A stretch of DNA of 63,446 nt, counting the filler, from Folioceros fuciformis (taxonomy: Eukaryota): the NCBI GenBank assembly GCA_049999805.1. It is 11 parts of 11 records of this genome, joined end to end, with 100 filler letters (N's around TTAATTAATTAA, not from the genome) between each part and the next. Parts side by side here need not be neighbours in the genome. Positions count along the whole stretch, not along the records: positions 61,237 to 63,446 come from JBNGIO010003532.1; 10 more parts are not named here. One strand, 5' to 3'. The position numbers were made by a program, and so were the translations under genes. Shown here one piece after another: positions 61,237-63,446 of the stretch (its first letter is position 1; each line of letters opens with the position of its first letter). The notes under the pieces are model-generated. The model did no database searches. It was not told the DNA's origin and saw nothing but the letters and a program-made list of their open reading frames with translations.

Positions 61237-63446
61237 GACCATGGGATGTTCCCCCCACCTCGGGTCCCCACCTCATCGAATCCAAAACCCATCAAAGGTG
61301 AAAATGCCGCTACCAACTAAAGCACCTTGGTTCCAGGTGGGCGTGGCTCGGTCCGGCTGGAGCCGGGGCTGGGATGGGCGGGCCTGGCCTGGCCTGGGCC
61401 TAGACTGGACTGGACTGGGCTGTCCAAATAATGGAAGAGGCCGGGTCTCCGGTAGAAGCAAAGTGCAGCATGGCAGCATTGGGAGCTGGTATTTCCGTTT
61501 TTCGGGTGTTTCGGTTACGGATAACGATTGGCAAATGTTCCTGCCATGGCATCGCATCGGCCAGCCCGCGACAAGAAACAAGGAGAAGAGAACAAAAGAG
61601 GAGCAATCCGATTCCACCACGTATCTATCAAAGTACGAGAAGCAAGCAAGCGAATGACGACCGGACCCCAGGGAATGGTCGGAAAGGGGGCCAGGAAGGG
61701 TGCGATGCAAGCAAGTGCAAGAAAGAAGGAGTAGATAGGAATGATAAGAGCAGCACAAGGCCCCACCGTCACAGAAATGAGAAAGTTTGGTGTTGGGTGG
61801 GACATTCCAAAGGGGGGCTAGTGCGCTGGTGATGATTATCTTCGACATCACCCATTCACGCCTAGCCCAGACCTGGCCAGCCGAGCCTAGCCTAGCCTAG
61901 CCTTGCCTTCCCTCCTACCCGAATGTTGGGTGATGCTTGTCCCTCGGTGGACTAGAAGGCAAGGACAGCATTCCCATGATAAAGGAAACAGCGTGGAAGC
62001 AGACGTGACGTTCCAAGAGCTAACTTGGTAACCAACGCATGTATCACACCTTAGATTACGATAGCTTACATGGCTTAGAGCACTCACTGTAGAATGTGAG
62101 AAGTTCGCAGTTCGAATCTCATCTCTCAGATCAGAATAATGTTTGTTTGTTTATTTAGTTTATTTGTTTATCCCCNNNNNNNNNNNNNNNNNNNNNNNNN
62201 NNNNNNNNNNNNNNNNNNNNNNNNNNNNNNNNNNNNNNNNNNNNNNNNNNNNNNNNNNNNNNNNNNNNNNNNNNNCGCCCCACTGGACAAGTGGAAAAAC
62301 AAAGAGCAAAAGCAATGGGCGGTAGGCCCGCAGCAGCCGGGGCGACAGTGAAGAGATTAGAAGAAAACTGTGTCGGTGGAGGAGGTTGGGAGAGTCGTGT
62401 GTCACTCTGCCCCTCCGCATGGCATGGCCATATGGATTAGTAGCCAGCAGCAGCAGAAACAGAGGATGATATTATGGGCGGTCCGTGGAATGATCTATAG
62501 GCCATGTTGCACAGCACAAAGCATGCAGGGCAGGCGGGGCGAGGCGAGGCGAGGCGAGGCGAGGTCAGGTCAGGTCAGGTCAGATCAGGTCAGTGCAGTG
62601 GGCAGTGAAGTGTGTGCTGTGTGGACGCGACCAGACAGGAGCCCCTTCTGCAGCAGCCAGGAGCAGCAGGCTGTCAGTGTGGCTACAGCCCCCCGCAGGT
62701 ACCGGCACATGCCCTCCTACGGACCGGCAGGGGGCAGGCTGCAGCTGGAGCTGGGAGCTCTGCACAGCTGCAGCAGCAGCTGCAGAGCCAGCCCATTACA
62801 TACATCCATACATCCATACATACAGATGGTACCTAGAGCGCTAGTCGTTGCCGTTGGGAATATTATTCGAATCGCCGGAAACGGTACTCTACCCCCCGCG
62901 GCTGGGAAGAACTAGAAAGCGGGAAAGGATGGCTGGCCTAGCTATTAACAGCTTGGCTAAGGGGGTCGCGTCCTAGTCGGGACTCCGTCCTCCGGGCCCC
63001 GTCCCGGACGCTGACGAAGCTTAGGACAGAAATGTTTAGGCGTACCGTATTATTAGGCGGATTGGTATTAGGGGAGAAGGCTTTTGCGGCCCGGCAGCGG
63101 ACGCCTACTGTAGCTTGCTCTTACTATTATTATATTTCGAAATCGCATTGTGGGCTGCGGGCAGGCTTGCAGACGCGGGCGGGCGGGCGCCTTGGGAATA
63201 AAGTATGTCCATGTACCAGGGCAGGTCCAGGGACCCCCAGGGGGGTCAGGGCCAGGGCCAGGACCAGGACCATGGCAGCGGGGCCTGGTGTGGCCTGCTC
63301 CCTGCTCCGCAAGCCAGGGGAATCGTTTTCGGGGGGCGCGCGCGCGGGCCCGCTCCCCCCCTCGCCCCTCGCCCGTCGCCCGCCCCCTCTCTTTGAACTG
63401 ATGCTCTATGCTGGATGCTCCAACAACACGCAAATAACTCCGATCC
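61237..63446 (-). other. probable promoter / long 5' UTR with intron of a gene continuing beyond the gap; several microsatellites
   Basis: GC-rich, no credible ORF. Contains (GAGGC)n and (AGGTC)n at 62536-62592 and (CATACATC)n near 62800; possible splice donor near 62831. Confidence 0.3.

Noticed and set aside
62580..62765. Minus-strand peptide GGHVPVPAGGCSHTDSLLLLA resembling the GGP/VTC2 conserved uORF
   Set aside because: Lacks the HGGRGA core, probably lies in an intron, and no GGP coding sequence is visible.
61237..63446. Conserved miRNA precursor or protein-coding ORFs in the terminal GC-rich piece
   Set aside because: No conserved mature miRNA recognised by eye; ORFs are microsatellite-driven low-complexity readings.

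Overview
Eukaryotic nuclear DNA from a land plant with flagellated sperm. An intact dynein roadblock/LC7 gene, ~75-110 bp GT-AG introns and dense gene packing suggest a bryophyte, possibly a hornwort (inference). The window is not one contiguous locus: ten N-flanked TTAATTAATTAA six-frame-stop spacers join 11 separate pieces, and several 100-N gaps appear to be of near-zero true length. Genes: a LysM receptor-like kinase ectodomain (LYK4/LYK5/NFP type), tRNA-Ser(GCT), CPL3-like CTD phosphatase, a trihelix/Myb-SANT protein, SPF27/MOS4, a HemN/RSAD1 radical-SAM pseudogene plus a partial duplicate, TMEM50/Vps68-like, a DnaJ-Zn/CCHC protein, a PH-domain protein, an ALS3/STAR2-like UPF0014 permease, cryptochrome, and an AT-rich LC7 gene missed by the ORF track. 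Mobile DNA: several Ty1/copia pieces (one with a 164-aa in-frame ORF ahead of gag), a Ty3/gypsy pol with a nested copia, a MULE-SWIM transposase pseudogene, and at least seven decayed pieces of a CRE-clade (RLE) non-LTR retrotransposon. The most complete CRE copy lies just downstream of a telomere-derived satellite. All assignments come from manual translation and motif recognition; no database search was run.
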